A stretch of DNA of 64,000 bases from contig NC_135820.1 of assembly GCF_964213995.1 (NCBI RefSeq), positions 868,001 to 932,000 on the forward strand, given 5' to 3'. The DNA comes from Mustelus asterias. Taxonomy: Eukaryota. Shown piece by piece: positions 1 to 11,400 of this stretch (position 1 is the first letter of the stretch; each line of letters opens with the position of its first letter). The notes under the pieces were generated by a model. That model had not been told where the DNA came from and did not search any database. It saw nothing but the letters and a program-made list of their open reading frames with translations. The translations under genes and the position numbers were made by a program.

Positions 1-2112
1 ATTCTTGGGGAAAAGTACCGAAGGAAAGTGGAGGATTTTCAAGGAATGTTTGTCTGGAGCTCTGCATGACAACGTTCCGATGAGACAGGGGGGTGTTGGT
101 AGGGTACGGGAACCGTGGTGCACGAAGGTTGTGATGAACCTGGTGAATAAGAAAAGAGAGGCGTACAGAAGGTTCAGAGAGCTAGGAGGTGTTAAGGATT
201 TAGAGGAGTATACGGGATGTAGGAAGGAGCTTAAGAAGGAAATTAGGAGAGCGAGAAGGGGTCATGAGAAGGCCTTGGCGGGTAAGATTAAGGAGAATCC
301 CAAGGCTTTCTACAAATATGTCAAGAGTAAAAGGATGAGATGTGAAGGCATAGGACCCTTAAAAGGTGAAGGGGGAAAAGTTTGTGCGGAACCGTTAGAA
401 ATGGCGGAGCTGCTTAATGAATACTTTACCTCGGTATTCACGGTGGAAAGGGATCTGGGTGGTTGTACTGCTGGTTTGCGGTGGACAGAAAGGATCGAGC
501 ATGTGGACATAAAGAAAGAGGATGTGTTGGAACTATTGAATGGCATCAAGGTTGGTAAGTCGCCGGGACCGGATGGGATGTACCCCAGGTTACTGTGGGA
601 GGCGAGGGAGGAGATTGCGGAGCCTTTGGCGATGATCTTTGCATCGTCGATGGAGACGGGAGAGGTTCCGGAGGATTGGAGGATTGCAGATGTGGTCCCT
701 ATATTCAAGAAAGGGAACAGGGACAGCCCGGGAAATTACCGACCGGTGAGTCTAACCTCAGTGGTTGGTAAGTTGATGGAGAGGATCCTGAGAGACAGGA
801 TTTATGATCATCTAGAGAAGTTTAGTATGATCAAAAGTAGTCAGCACGGCTTTGTCAAGGGCAGGTCGTGCCTTACGAGCCTGGTTGAGTTCTTTGAAAA
901 TGTGACCAAACACATTGACGAAGGAAGAGCGGTGGATGTGGTCTATATGGACTTCAGCAAGGCGTTCGATAAGGTCCCCCATGCAAGACTTCTTGAGAAA
1001 GTGAGAGGGCATGGGATCCAAGGGGCTGTTGCCTTGTGGATCCAGAACTGGCTTGCCTGCAGAAGGCAGAGAGTGGCTGTGGAGGGGTCTTTCTCTGCAT
1101 GGAGGTCAGTGACCAGTGGAGTGCCCCAGGGATCTGTTCTGGGACCCTTGCTGTTTGTCATTTTCATAAATGACCTGGATGAGGAAGTGGAGGGATGGGT
1201 TGGTAAGTTTGCTGACGACACCAAGGTAGGTGGTGTTGTGGATAGTTTGGAGGGATGTCAGAAGTTGCAGCGAGACATAGATAGAATGCAAGACTGGGCG
1301 GAGAAGTGGCAGATGGACTTCAACCCGGATAAGTGTGTGGTGATCCATTTTGGCAGATCCAATGGGATGAAGCAGCAGTATAATATGAAGGGTACCATTC
1401 TTAGCAGTGTAGAGGATCAGAAGGACCTTGGGGTCCGGGTCCATAGGACTCTTAAATCGGCCTCGCAGGTGGAGGATGCAGTCAAGAAGGCGTACGGCGT
1501 ACTGGCCTTCATTAATCGAGGGATTGAGTTTAGGAGTCGGGAGATAATGCTGCAGCTTTATAGGACCCTGGTTAGACCCCACTTGGAGTACTGCGCGCAG
1601 TTCTGGTCACCTCATTACAGGAAAGATGTTGAAGCCATTGAAAGGGTGCAGAGGAGATTTACAAGGATGTTGCCTGGATTGGGGGGCATGCCTTATGAGG
1701 ATAGGTTGAGGGAGCTTGGTCTCTTCTCCCTGGAGAGACGAAGGATGAGAGGTGACCTGATAGAGGTTTACAAGATGTTGAGAGGTCTGGATAGGGTAGA
1801 CTCTCAGAGGCTATTTCCAAGGGCTGAAATGGTTGCTACGAGAGGACACAGGTTTAAGGTGCTGGGGGATAGGTACAGAGGAGATGTCAGGGGTAAGTTT
1901 TTCACTCAGAGGGTGGTGGGTGCGTGGAATCGGCTGACGTCGGTGGTGGTGGAGGCAAACTCGTTGGGGTCTTTTAAGAGACTTCTGGATGAGTACATGG
2001 GATTTAATGGGATTGAGGGCTATAGATAGGCCTAGAGGTGGGGATGTGATCGGCGCAACTTGTGGGCCGAAGGGCCTGTTTGTGCTGTGGCTTTCTATGT
2101 TCTATGTTCTAT
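1..2112 (+). mobile_element. CR1 LINE: ORF2 reverse-transcriptase part (open 5..2029) and 3' UTR
   Basis: KSPGPDG, NYRPVSLTS, DFSKAFD, GVPQGSVLGP, KFADD and RPHLEYC motifs; ends in a (TTCTATG)n tail at about 2092-2112. Confidence 0.95.
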
Positions 2113-2995
2113 TAATCCCCCACTATCAACATCCTGGGGGTTACCATCACTGAATCCCCCCACTATCAACATCCTGGGGGTTACCATCACTGAATCCCCC
2201 CACTATCAACATCCTGGGGGTTACCATCACTGAATCCCCCCACTATCAACATCCTGGGGGTTACCATCACTGAATCCCCCCACTATCAACATCCTGGGGG
2301 TTCCCGTCACTGAAACCCCCCCACTATCAACATCCTGGGAGTTCCCATTGACCAGAAACTGAGCTGGACCCAGCCGTATAAATACTGTGGCTCCCAGAGC
2401 AGGTCAGAGGCTGGGAATCCTGCGGAGAGTAACTCACCTCCTGACTCCCCAAAGCCTGTCCACCATCTACAAGGCACAAGTCAGGAGTGTGATGGAATAC
2501 TCCCCACTCGCCTGGATGGGTGCGGCTCCAACAACACTCGAGAAGCTCAACACCATCCAGGACAAAGCAGCCCCGCTCGATCGACACGCTAACCACAAAC
2601 ACTCACTCCCTCCACCCCCGACGCACAGTGACAGCCGTGTGTACCGTCTACAAGATGCACTGCAGCGACTCACCAAGGCTCCTTAGGCAGCACCTTCCAA
2701 ACCCACCACCTCTACCATCTAGAAGGACAAGGGCAGCAGATACCTGGGAACACCCCCACCTGGAGGCTCCCCTCCGAGTCACTCACCATCCCGACTTGGA
2801 AATATATCGGCCGTTCCTTCACTGTCGCTGGGGTCAAAATCCTGGAACTCCCTCCCTGACAGCACTGTGGGTGTACCTACACCACACGGGGACTGCAGCG
2901 GGTTCAAGATGGTGGCTCACGCACCCCCTTTCCAAGGGGTAATTAGGGATAGGGGTAAATGCTGGGCCCAGCCTGCAAGAGAGAGACACCCGGTG
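2113..2995 (+). mobile_element. 3' fragment of a second non-LTR (CR1/L2-group) LINE family, starting with about 6 copies of a 40-bp tandem repeat
   Basis: Translates (P)TINILGV...RAGQRLGILRRVTHLL..LSTIYKAQVRSVMEYSPLAW; cactatcaacatcctggggg recurs every 40 bp over 2121-2340. Confidence 0.7.
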
Positions 2996-3364
2996 TCAAA
3001 GATTAAAATATCAGTGCAATAATGGTGGAGAACATTAGTGGACATTAATGTGCTGATGTGACGGGGGCTGTTAGAATACTGGAATAATTACTAAAACTCG
3101 CTGTGTGGGTTAGAGGAGGTTCCGTTTTACGGAATGGAAGGTGTTGTGGACACGAGGTTCGATCGGATGGTCTGAAGTCGGGTGTAGTTTCCTGTTTCTT
3201 TGCGATCTCTCCTGGGTAGAGTGATTCTGAATCTACCATCAACAGCCTCAAATAAATCAAAGGCAACAGATGTCCCCGAACATGTGGGTGTGTTAACTCA
3301 ACTGAACTTCCTGTACCAGCAGAGAGAGCGAGAGAACCTCAGAGAGCAAACACACAGGAACAAA

Positions 3365-4233
3365 CCCCCTCACTATCACTGCCTCTCACTCACTCCCCCC
3401 TCACTATCACTGCCCCTCACTCCACCCTCACTATCACTGCCCCTCACTCACTCCACCCTCACTATCACTGCCCCTCACTCACTCCCCCCTCACTATCACT
3501 GCCCATCACTCCACCCTCACTATCACTGCCCCTCACTCACTCCACCCTCACTATCACTGCCCCTCACTCACTCCTCCCTCACTATCACTGCCCCTCACTC
3601 ACTCCACCCTCACTATCACTGCCCCTCACTCACTCCTCCCTCACTATCACTGCCCCTCACTCACTCCACCCTCACTATCACTGCCCCTCACTCACTCCAC
3701 CCTCACTATCACTGCCCCTCACTCCACCCTCAGTATCACTGCCCATCACTCCACCCTCACTATCACTGCCCCTCGCTCATATCACCCTCACTATCACTGC
3801 CCCTCACTCACTCCACCCTCACTATCACTGCCCCTCACTCACTCCACCCTCACTATCACTGCCCCTCACTCACTCCACCCTCACTATCACTGCCCCTCAC
3901 TCACTCCACCCTCACTATCACTACCCCTCGCTCATATCACCCTCACTATCACTGCCCCTCACTCACTCCACCCTCACTATCACTGCCCCTCACTCACTCC
4001 ACCCTCACTATCACTGCCTCTCACTCACTCCCCCCTCACTATCACTGCCCCTCACTCACTCCCCCCTCACTATCACTGCCCCTCACTTACTCCACCCTCA
4101 CTATCACTGCCCCTCACTCACTCCTCCCTCACTATCACTGCCCATCACTCACTCCACCCTCACTATCACTGCCCCTCACTCACTCCTCCCTCACTATCAC
4201 TGCCCCTCACTCACTCCACCCTCACTATCACTG
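3365..4233. repeat. 27/31-bp C-rich minisatellite (cactcactccaccctcactatcactgcccct)n
   Basis: Direct periodicity; followed by a poly-C low-complexity tract at 4260-4665. Confidence 0.9.
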
Positions 4234-4664
4234 TCACATTCAGACTGCAGGACGTGGGGAGCACACCCCCCCCCCACAACTCCCCATCCTCCCCCCATCC
4301 ACCCCATACCACATTCCCCACCCCCCAACCCCAATCCCGATCTGCCCCACCCACACACTCCCCACCCACATCTCCCACCCCCCGCTACCCACCCTCCCCC
4401 CAGCCAAACCCACCCCACCCACATCCTCCACCCCTCCCCACCCACAACCCCCCATCCCCTGCTCCCCCCGGCCCGATCCCCCGCCACCCAATCCCACCCG
4501 CCCCCAACCCCACCCTCCCCCCCCAGCCCCATCCCTGACCCCCACCCCCATCCCCGGCTCCCCACTGTCCCCATACCCCACCCCACAATCCCCACACCTC
4601 CCCACCCCCCCCCACCACATCCCCCACTCCCCGCTCCTCCCCACCCACAACCCCTCCCCACACC

Positions 4665-7600
4665 CGCTCTTCGAAATAATGCCCATGGAAACATTTACAC
4701 CCATCCTGAGAGGGCAGACCGAGCCTCGGCACACACACTGAAAGACAGCACCTCTGACACTGCAGCACTCCCTCAGCACTGACCCTCTGACAGTGCGACA
4801 CTCCCTCAGTACTGACCCTCTGAAAGTGCGGCACTCCCTCAGCACTGACCCTCTGACACTGCGGCACTCCCTCAGTACTGACCCTCTGACACTGCAGCAC
4901 CCCCTCAGCACTGACCCTCTGACAGTGCGGCACTCCCTCAGCACTGACCCTAGACACTGCAGCACTCCCTCAGCACTGACTCTCTGACACTGCAGCACCC
5001 CCTCAGCACTGACCCTCTGACAGTGCGGCACTCCCTCAGCACTGACCCTCTGACACTGCAGCACCCCCTCAGCACTGACCCTCTGACACTGCAGCACTCC
5101 CTCAGCACTGACCCTCTGACACTGCAGCACTCCCTCAGCACTGACCCTCTGACAGTGCGGCACTCCCTCAGTACTGACCCTCTGACAGTGCGGCACTCCC
5201 TCAGTACTGACCCTCTGACAGTGCGGCACTCCCTCAGTACTGACCCTCTGACAGTGCGGCACTCCCTCAGTACTGACCCTCTGACAGTGCGGCACTCCCT
5301 CAGCACTGACCCTCTGACAGTGCGGCACTCCCTCAGTACTGACTCTCTGACAGTGCGGCACTCACTCAGTACTGACCCTCTGACAGTGCGGCACTCCCTC
5401 AGCACTGACCCTCTGACAGTGCGGCACTCCCTCAGCACTGACCCTCTGACAGTGCGGCACTCCCTCAGTACTGACACTCTGACAGTGCGGCACTCCCTCA
5501 GTACTGACCCTCTGACAGTGCGGCACTCCCTCAGTACTGACCCTCTGACAGTGCGGCACTCCCTCAGTACTGACCCTCTGACACTGCAGCACTCCCTCAG
5601 CACTGACCCTCTGACAGTGCGGCACTCCCTCAGCACTGACCCTCTGACACTGCAGCACTCCCTCAGCACTGACCCTCTGACAGTGCGGCACTCCCTCAGC
5701 ACTGACCTTCTGACAGTGCGACACTCCCTCAGTACTGACCCTCTGACAGTGCAGCACTCCCTCAGCACTGACCCTCTGACAGTGCGGCACTCCCTCAGTA
5801 CTGACACTCTGACAGTGCGGCACTCCCTCAGTACTGACCCTCTGACAGTGCGGCACTCCCTCAGTACTGACCCTCTGACAGTGCGGCACTCCCTCAGTAC
5901 TGACCCTCTGACACTGCAGCACTCCCTCAGCACTGACCCTCAGACAGTGCGGGACTCCCTCAGCACTGACCCTCTGACACTGCAGCACTCCCTCAGCACT
6001 GACCCTCTGACAGTGCGGCACTCCCTCAGTACTGACCCTCTGACAGTGCGGCACTCCCTCAGCACTGACCCTCTGACAGTGCGGCACTCCCTCAGCACTG
6101 ATCCTCTGACAGAACGGCACTCCCTCAGTACTGACCCTCTGACAGTGCGGCACTCCCTCAGTACTGACCCTCTGACACTGCAGCACACCCTCAGCACTGA
6201 CCCTCTGACAGTGCGGCACCCCCTCAGCACTGACCCTCTGACAGTGCGACACTCCCTCAGTACTGACCCTCTGACAGTGCGGCACTCCCTCAGCACTGAC
6301 CCTCTGACACTGCGGCACTCCCTCAGTACTGACCCTCTGACACTGCAGCACCCCCTCAGCACTGACCCTCTGACAGTGCGGCACTCCCTCAGCACTGACC
6401 CTCTGACACTGCAGCACTCCCTCAGCACTGACCCTCTGACACTGCAGCACCCCCTCAGCACTGACCCTCTGACAGTGCGGCACTCCCTCAGCACTGACCC
6501 TCTGACACTGCAGCACCCCCTCAGCACTGACCCTCTGACACTGCAGCACTCCCTCAGCACTGACCCTCTGACACTGCAGCACTCCCTCAGCACTGACCCT
6601 CTGACAGTGCGGCACTCCCTCAGTACTGACCCTCTGACAGTGCGGCACTCCCTCAGTACTGACCCTCTGACAGTGCGGCACTCCCTCAGTACTGACCCTC
6701 TGACAGTGCGGCACTCCCTCAGTACTGACCCTCTGACAGAGCGGCACTCCCTCAGCACTGACCCTCTGACAGTGCGGCACTCCCTCAGTACTGACTCTCT
6801 GACAGTGCGGCACTCACTCAGTACTGACCCTCTGACAGTGCGGCACTCCCTCAGCACTGACCCTCTGACAGTGCGGCACTCCCTCAGCACTGACCCTCTG
6901 ACAGTGCGGCACTCCCTCAGTACTGACCCTCTGACAGTGCAGCACTCCCTCAGCACTGACACTCTGACAGTGCGGCACTCCCTCAGTACTGACACTCTGA
7001 CAGTGCGGCACTCCCTCAGTACTGACCCTCTGACAGTGCGGCACTCCCTCAGTACTGACCCTCCGACAGTGCGGCACTCCCTCAGTACTGACCCTCTGAC
7101 ACTGCAGCACTCCCTCAGCACTGACCCTCAGACAGTGCGGGACTCCCTCAGCACTGACCCTCTGACACTGCAGCACTCCCTCAGCACTGACCCTCTGACA
7201 GTGCGGCACTCCCTCAGTACTGACCCTCTGACAGTGCGGCACTCCCTCAGCACTGATCCTCTGACAGAACGGCACTCCCTCAGTACTGAACCTCTGACAG
7301 TGCGGCACTCCCTCAGTACTGACCATCTGACAGTGCGACACTCCCTCAGTACTGACCCTCTGACAGAACGGCACTCCCTCAGTACTGACCCTCTGACAGT
7401 GCGGCACTCCCTCAGTACTGACCCTCTGACACTGCAGCACACCCTCAGCACTGACCCTCTGACAGTGCGGCACCCCCTCAGCACTGACCCTCTGACAGTA
7501 CGGCACTCCCTCAGCACTGACCCTCTGACAGAACGGCACTCCCTCAGTACTGACCCTCTGACAGTGCGGCACACCCTCAGTACTGACCCTATGACAGTGC

Positions 7601-8150
7601 GGCACTCCCTCAGCACTGACCCTCTGACAGTGCGGCACTCCCTCAGTACTGACCCTCTGAAAGTGCAGCACTCCCTCAGCACTGACCCTCTGACAGTGCG
7701 GCACTCCCTCAGTACTGACACTCTGACAGTGCGGCACTCCCTCAGTACTGACCCTCTGACAGTGCGGCACTCCCTCAGTACTGACCCTCTGACAGTGCGG
7801 CACTCCCTCAGTACTGACCCTCTGACACTGCAGCACTCCCTCAGCACTGACCCTCTGACAGTGCGGCACTCCCTCAGCACTGACCCTCTGACAGTACGGC
7901 ACTCCCTCAGCACTGACCCTCTGACAGTACGGCACTCCCTCAGTACTGACCCTCTGACGGTGCGACACTCCCTCAGTACTGACCCTCTGACATTGCGGCA
8001 CTCCCTCAGTACTGACCCTCTGACAGTGCGACACTCCCTCAGTACTGACCCTCTGACAGTGCGGCACTCCCTCAGTACTGACCCTCTGACAGTGCGACAC
8101 TCCCTCAGTACTGACCCTCTGACAGTGCGGCACTCCCTCAGCACTGACCG
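4665..8150 (-). repeat. 33-bp satellite (actgaccctctgacagtgcggcactccctcagt)n, about 100 copies, attached to Deu-domain SINE-like sequence at 4665-4760
   Basis: Periodicity. The reverse complement runs gagggagtgctgcagtgtcagaggtgctgtctttc...ccgagg..gtctgccctctcagg, resembling the Deu domain of AmnSINE1/SacSINE1 (from memory). Confidence 0.85.
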
Positions 8151-8416
8151 CTTGGTGAACTTTATCAGTGATGGAGTCACTCCCGCTCTCTGGGTCAAGG
8201 TTTTGCAAAGATTCCCAACCCTCGGAGTGAGGGCATTTCTCCTCATCTCAATCCAAAATGGCTGCCCCCCATCCCCTCGAAGGAAGCTTCTGGAATCCTT
8301 GGGAATATCTTCCTGGTGGAAGACTTCCCAGTTGGAATCAGTGAGGAGAAATATTCAGAAATTGCTGAGTAAATCGTTCCACTAATTATCTCGATATTTG
8401 TTTCAGCATTCGAGAA

Positions 8417-8462
8417 ATGGAACCCTTAATTTCCATCTTACTACTCCTGTCAAATAGCTGGT
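8417..8462 (+). CDS. Signal-peptide exon MEPLISILLLLSNSW
   Basis: ATG at 8417 in gaaATGg context, hydrophobic core, phase-1 donor T|gtaagt at 8463. Acceptor-like tttgtttcag ends at 8406. Joins exon 11570 to give ...SNSWYVVC-RAW. Confidence 0.75.
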
Positions 8463-11400
8463 GTAAGTGACTATTTAATTTAACTTTCAGGGACAGTGGG
8501 ATTAGACTGGGTGGGATATTAAAGGGTGCGGGGAGTGAGTGGGAGGGTGGGATTAGACTGGGTGGGATATTAAAGGGTGCGGGGAGTGAGGGGGGAGAGT
8601 GGGATTAGACTGGGTGGGATATTAAAGGGTGCGGGGAGTGAGGGGGGAGAGTGGGATTAGATTGGGTGGGTTATTAAAGGGTGCGGGGAGTGAGGGAGAG
8701 AGTGGGATAAGACTGGGTGGGATATTAAAGGGTGCGGGGAGTAAGGGGGAGAGTGGGATTGGACTGGGTGGGATATTAAAGGGTGCGGGGAGTGAGGGGG
8801 CGAGTGGGATTAGACTGGGTGGGATATTAAAGGGTGTGGGGAGTGAGGGGGAGAGTGGGATTAGACTGGGTGGGATATTAAAGGGTGTGGGGAGTGAGGG
8901 GGAGAGTGGGATTAGACTGGGTGGGATATTAAAGGGTGCGGGGAGTGAGGGAGAGAGTGGGATTAGACTGGGTGGCATATTAAAGGGTGCGGGGAGTAAG
9001 GGGGAGAGTGGGATTGGACTGGGTGGGATATTAAAGGGTGCGGGGAGTGAGTGGGAGAGTGGGATTAGACTGGGTGGGATATTAAAAGGAGCGGGGAGTG
9101 GGGGGGGAGAGTGGGATTAGACTGGGTGGGATATTAAAGGGTGCGGGGAGTGAGGGGGAGAGTGGGATTAGACTGGGTGGGATATTAAAGGGTGCGGGGA
9201 GTGAGGGGGAGAGTGGGATTAGACTGGGTGGGATATTAAAGGGTGCGGGGAGTGAGGGGGAGAGTGGGATTAGATTGGGCGGGATATTAAAGGGTGCGGG
9301 GAGTGAAGGGGAGAGTAGGATTGGACTGTGTGGGATATTAAAGGTTGCGGGGAGTGAGGTGGAGAGTGGGATTAGACTGGGTGGGATATTAAAGGGTGCG
9401 GGGAGTGGGGGGGGGAGAGTGGGATTCGACTGGGTGGGATATTAAAGGGTGCGGGGAGTGAGGGGGAGAGTGGGATTGGACTGGGTGGGATATTAAAGGG
9501 TGCGGGGAGTGGGGGGGGGAGAGTGGGATTAGACTGGGTGGGATATTAAAGGGTGCGGGGAGTGAGGGGGAGAGTGGGATTAGATTGGGCGGGATATTAA
9601 AGGGTGCGGGGAGTGAGGGGGAGAGTGGGATTAGACTGGGTGGGATATTTGGGGGGGTGAGGGGGAGAGTGGGATTAGACTGGGTGGGATATTAAAGGGT
9701 GCGGGGAGTGAGTGGGAGAGTGGGATTAGACTGGGTGTGATATTAAAGGGTGCGGGGAGTGAGGGGGAGAGTGGGATTAGACTGGGTGGGATATTAAAGG
9801 GTGCGGGGAGTGAGGGGGAGAGTGGGATTAGACTGGGTGGGATATTAAAGGGTGCGGGGTGTGAGGGGGAGAGTGGGATTAGACTGGGTGGGATATTAAA
9901 GGGTGCGGGGAGTGAGGGGAGAGTGGGATTAGACTGGGTGGGATATTAAAGGGTGCGGGGAGTGAGGGGGAGAGTGGGATTAGACTGGGTGGGATATTAA
10001 AGGGTGCGGGGTGTGAGGGGGAGAGTGGGATTAGACTGGGTGGGATATTAAAGGGTGCGGGGAGTGAGGGGGAGAGTGGGATTAGACTGGGTGGGATATT
10101 AAAGGGTGCGGGGAGTGAGGGGGAGAGTGGGATTAGACTGGGTGGGATATTAAAGGGTGCGGGGAGTGAGGGGGAGAGTGGGATTAGACTGGGTGGGATA
10201 TTAAAGGGTGCGGGGAGTGAGGGGGAGAGTGGGGTTAGACTGGGTGGGATATTAAAGGGTGCGGGGAGTGAGGGGGATAGTGGGATTAGACTGGGTGGGA
10301 TATTAAAGGGTGCGGGGAATGAGGAGGAGAGTGGGATTAGACTGGGTGGGATATTAAGGGTGCGGGGAGTGAGGGGAGAGTGGGATTAGACTGGGTGGGA
10401 TATTAAAGGGTGCGGGGAGTGAGGGGGAGAGTGGGATTAGACTGGGTGGGATATTAAAGGGTGCGGGGAGTGAGGGGGAGAGTGGGATTAGACTGGGTGG
10501 GATATTAAAGGGTGCGGGGAGTGAGGGGGAGAGTGGGATTAGACTGGGTGGGATATTAAAGGGTGCGGGGAGTGAGGGGAGAGTGGGATTAGACTGGGTG
10601 GGATATTAAAGGGTGCGGGGAGTGAGGGGGAGAGTGGGATTAGACTGGGTGGGATATTAAAGGGTGCGGGGAGTGAGGGGGAGAGTGGGATTGGACTGGG
10701 TGGGATATTAAAGGGTGCGGGGAGTGAGGGGGAGAGTGGGATTAGACTGGGTGGGATATTAAAGGGTGGGGGGAGTGAGGGGGAGAGTGGGATTAGACTG
10801 GGTGGGATATTAAAGGGTGCGGGGAGTGAGGGGAGAGTGGGATTAGACTAGGTGGGATATTAAAGGGTGCGGGGAGTGAGGGGGAGAGTGGGATTAGACT
10901 GGGTGGGATATTAAAGGGTGCGGGGAGTGAGGGGGATAGTGGGATTAGACTGGGTGGGATATTAAAGGGTGCGGGGAGTGAGGGGGAGAGTGGCATTGGA
11001 CTGGGTGGGATATTAAAGGGTGCGGGGAGTGAGGAGGAGAGTGGGATTAGACTGGGTGGGATATTAAAGGGTGCGGGGAGTGAGGGGGAGAGTGGGATTG
11101 GACTGGGTGGGATATTAAATGGTGCGGGGAGTGAGGGGGAGAGTGGGATTAGACTGGGTGGGATATTAAAGGGTGCGGGGAGTGGGGGGGAGAGTGGGAT
11201 TAGACTGGGTGGGATATTAAAGGGTGCGGGGAGTGAGGGGGAGAGTGGGATTAGACTGGGTGGGATATTAAAGGGTGCGGGGAGTGAGGGGGAGAGTGGG
11301 ATTAGACTGGGTGTGATATTAAAGGGTGCGGGGAGTGAGGGGAGAGTGGGATTAGACTGGGTGGGATATTAAAGGGTGCGGGGAGTGAGGGGGAGAGTGG

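Noticed and set aside
3200-4741. 513-aa Pro/His/Ser-rich ORF
   Set aside because: Product of a C-rich minisatellite and poly-C tract.
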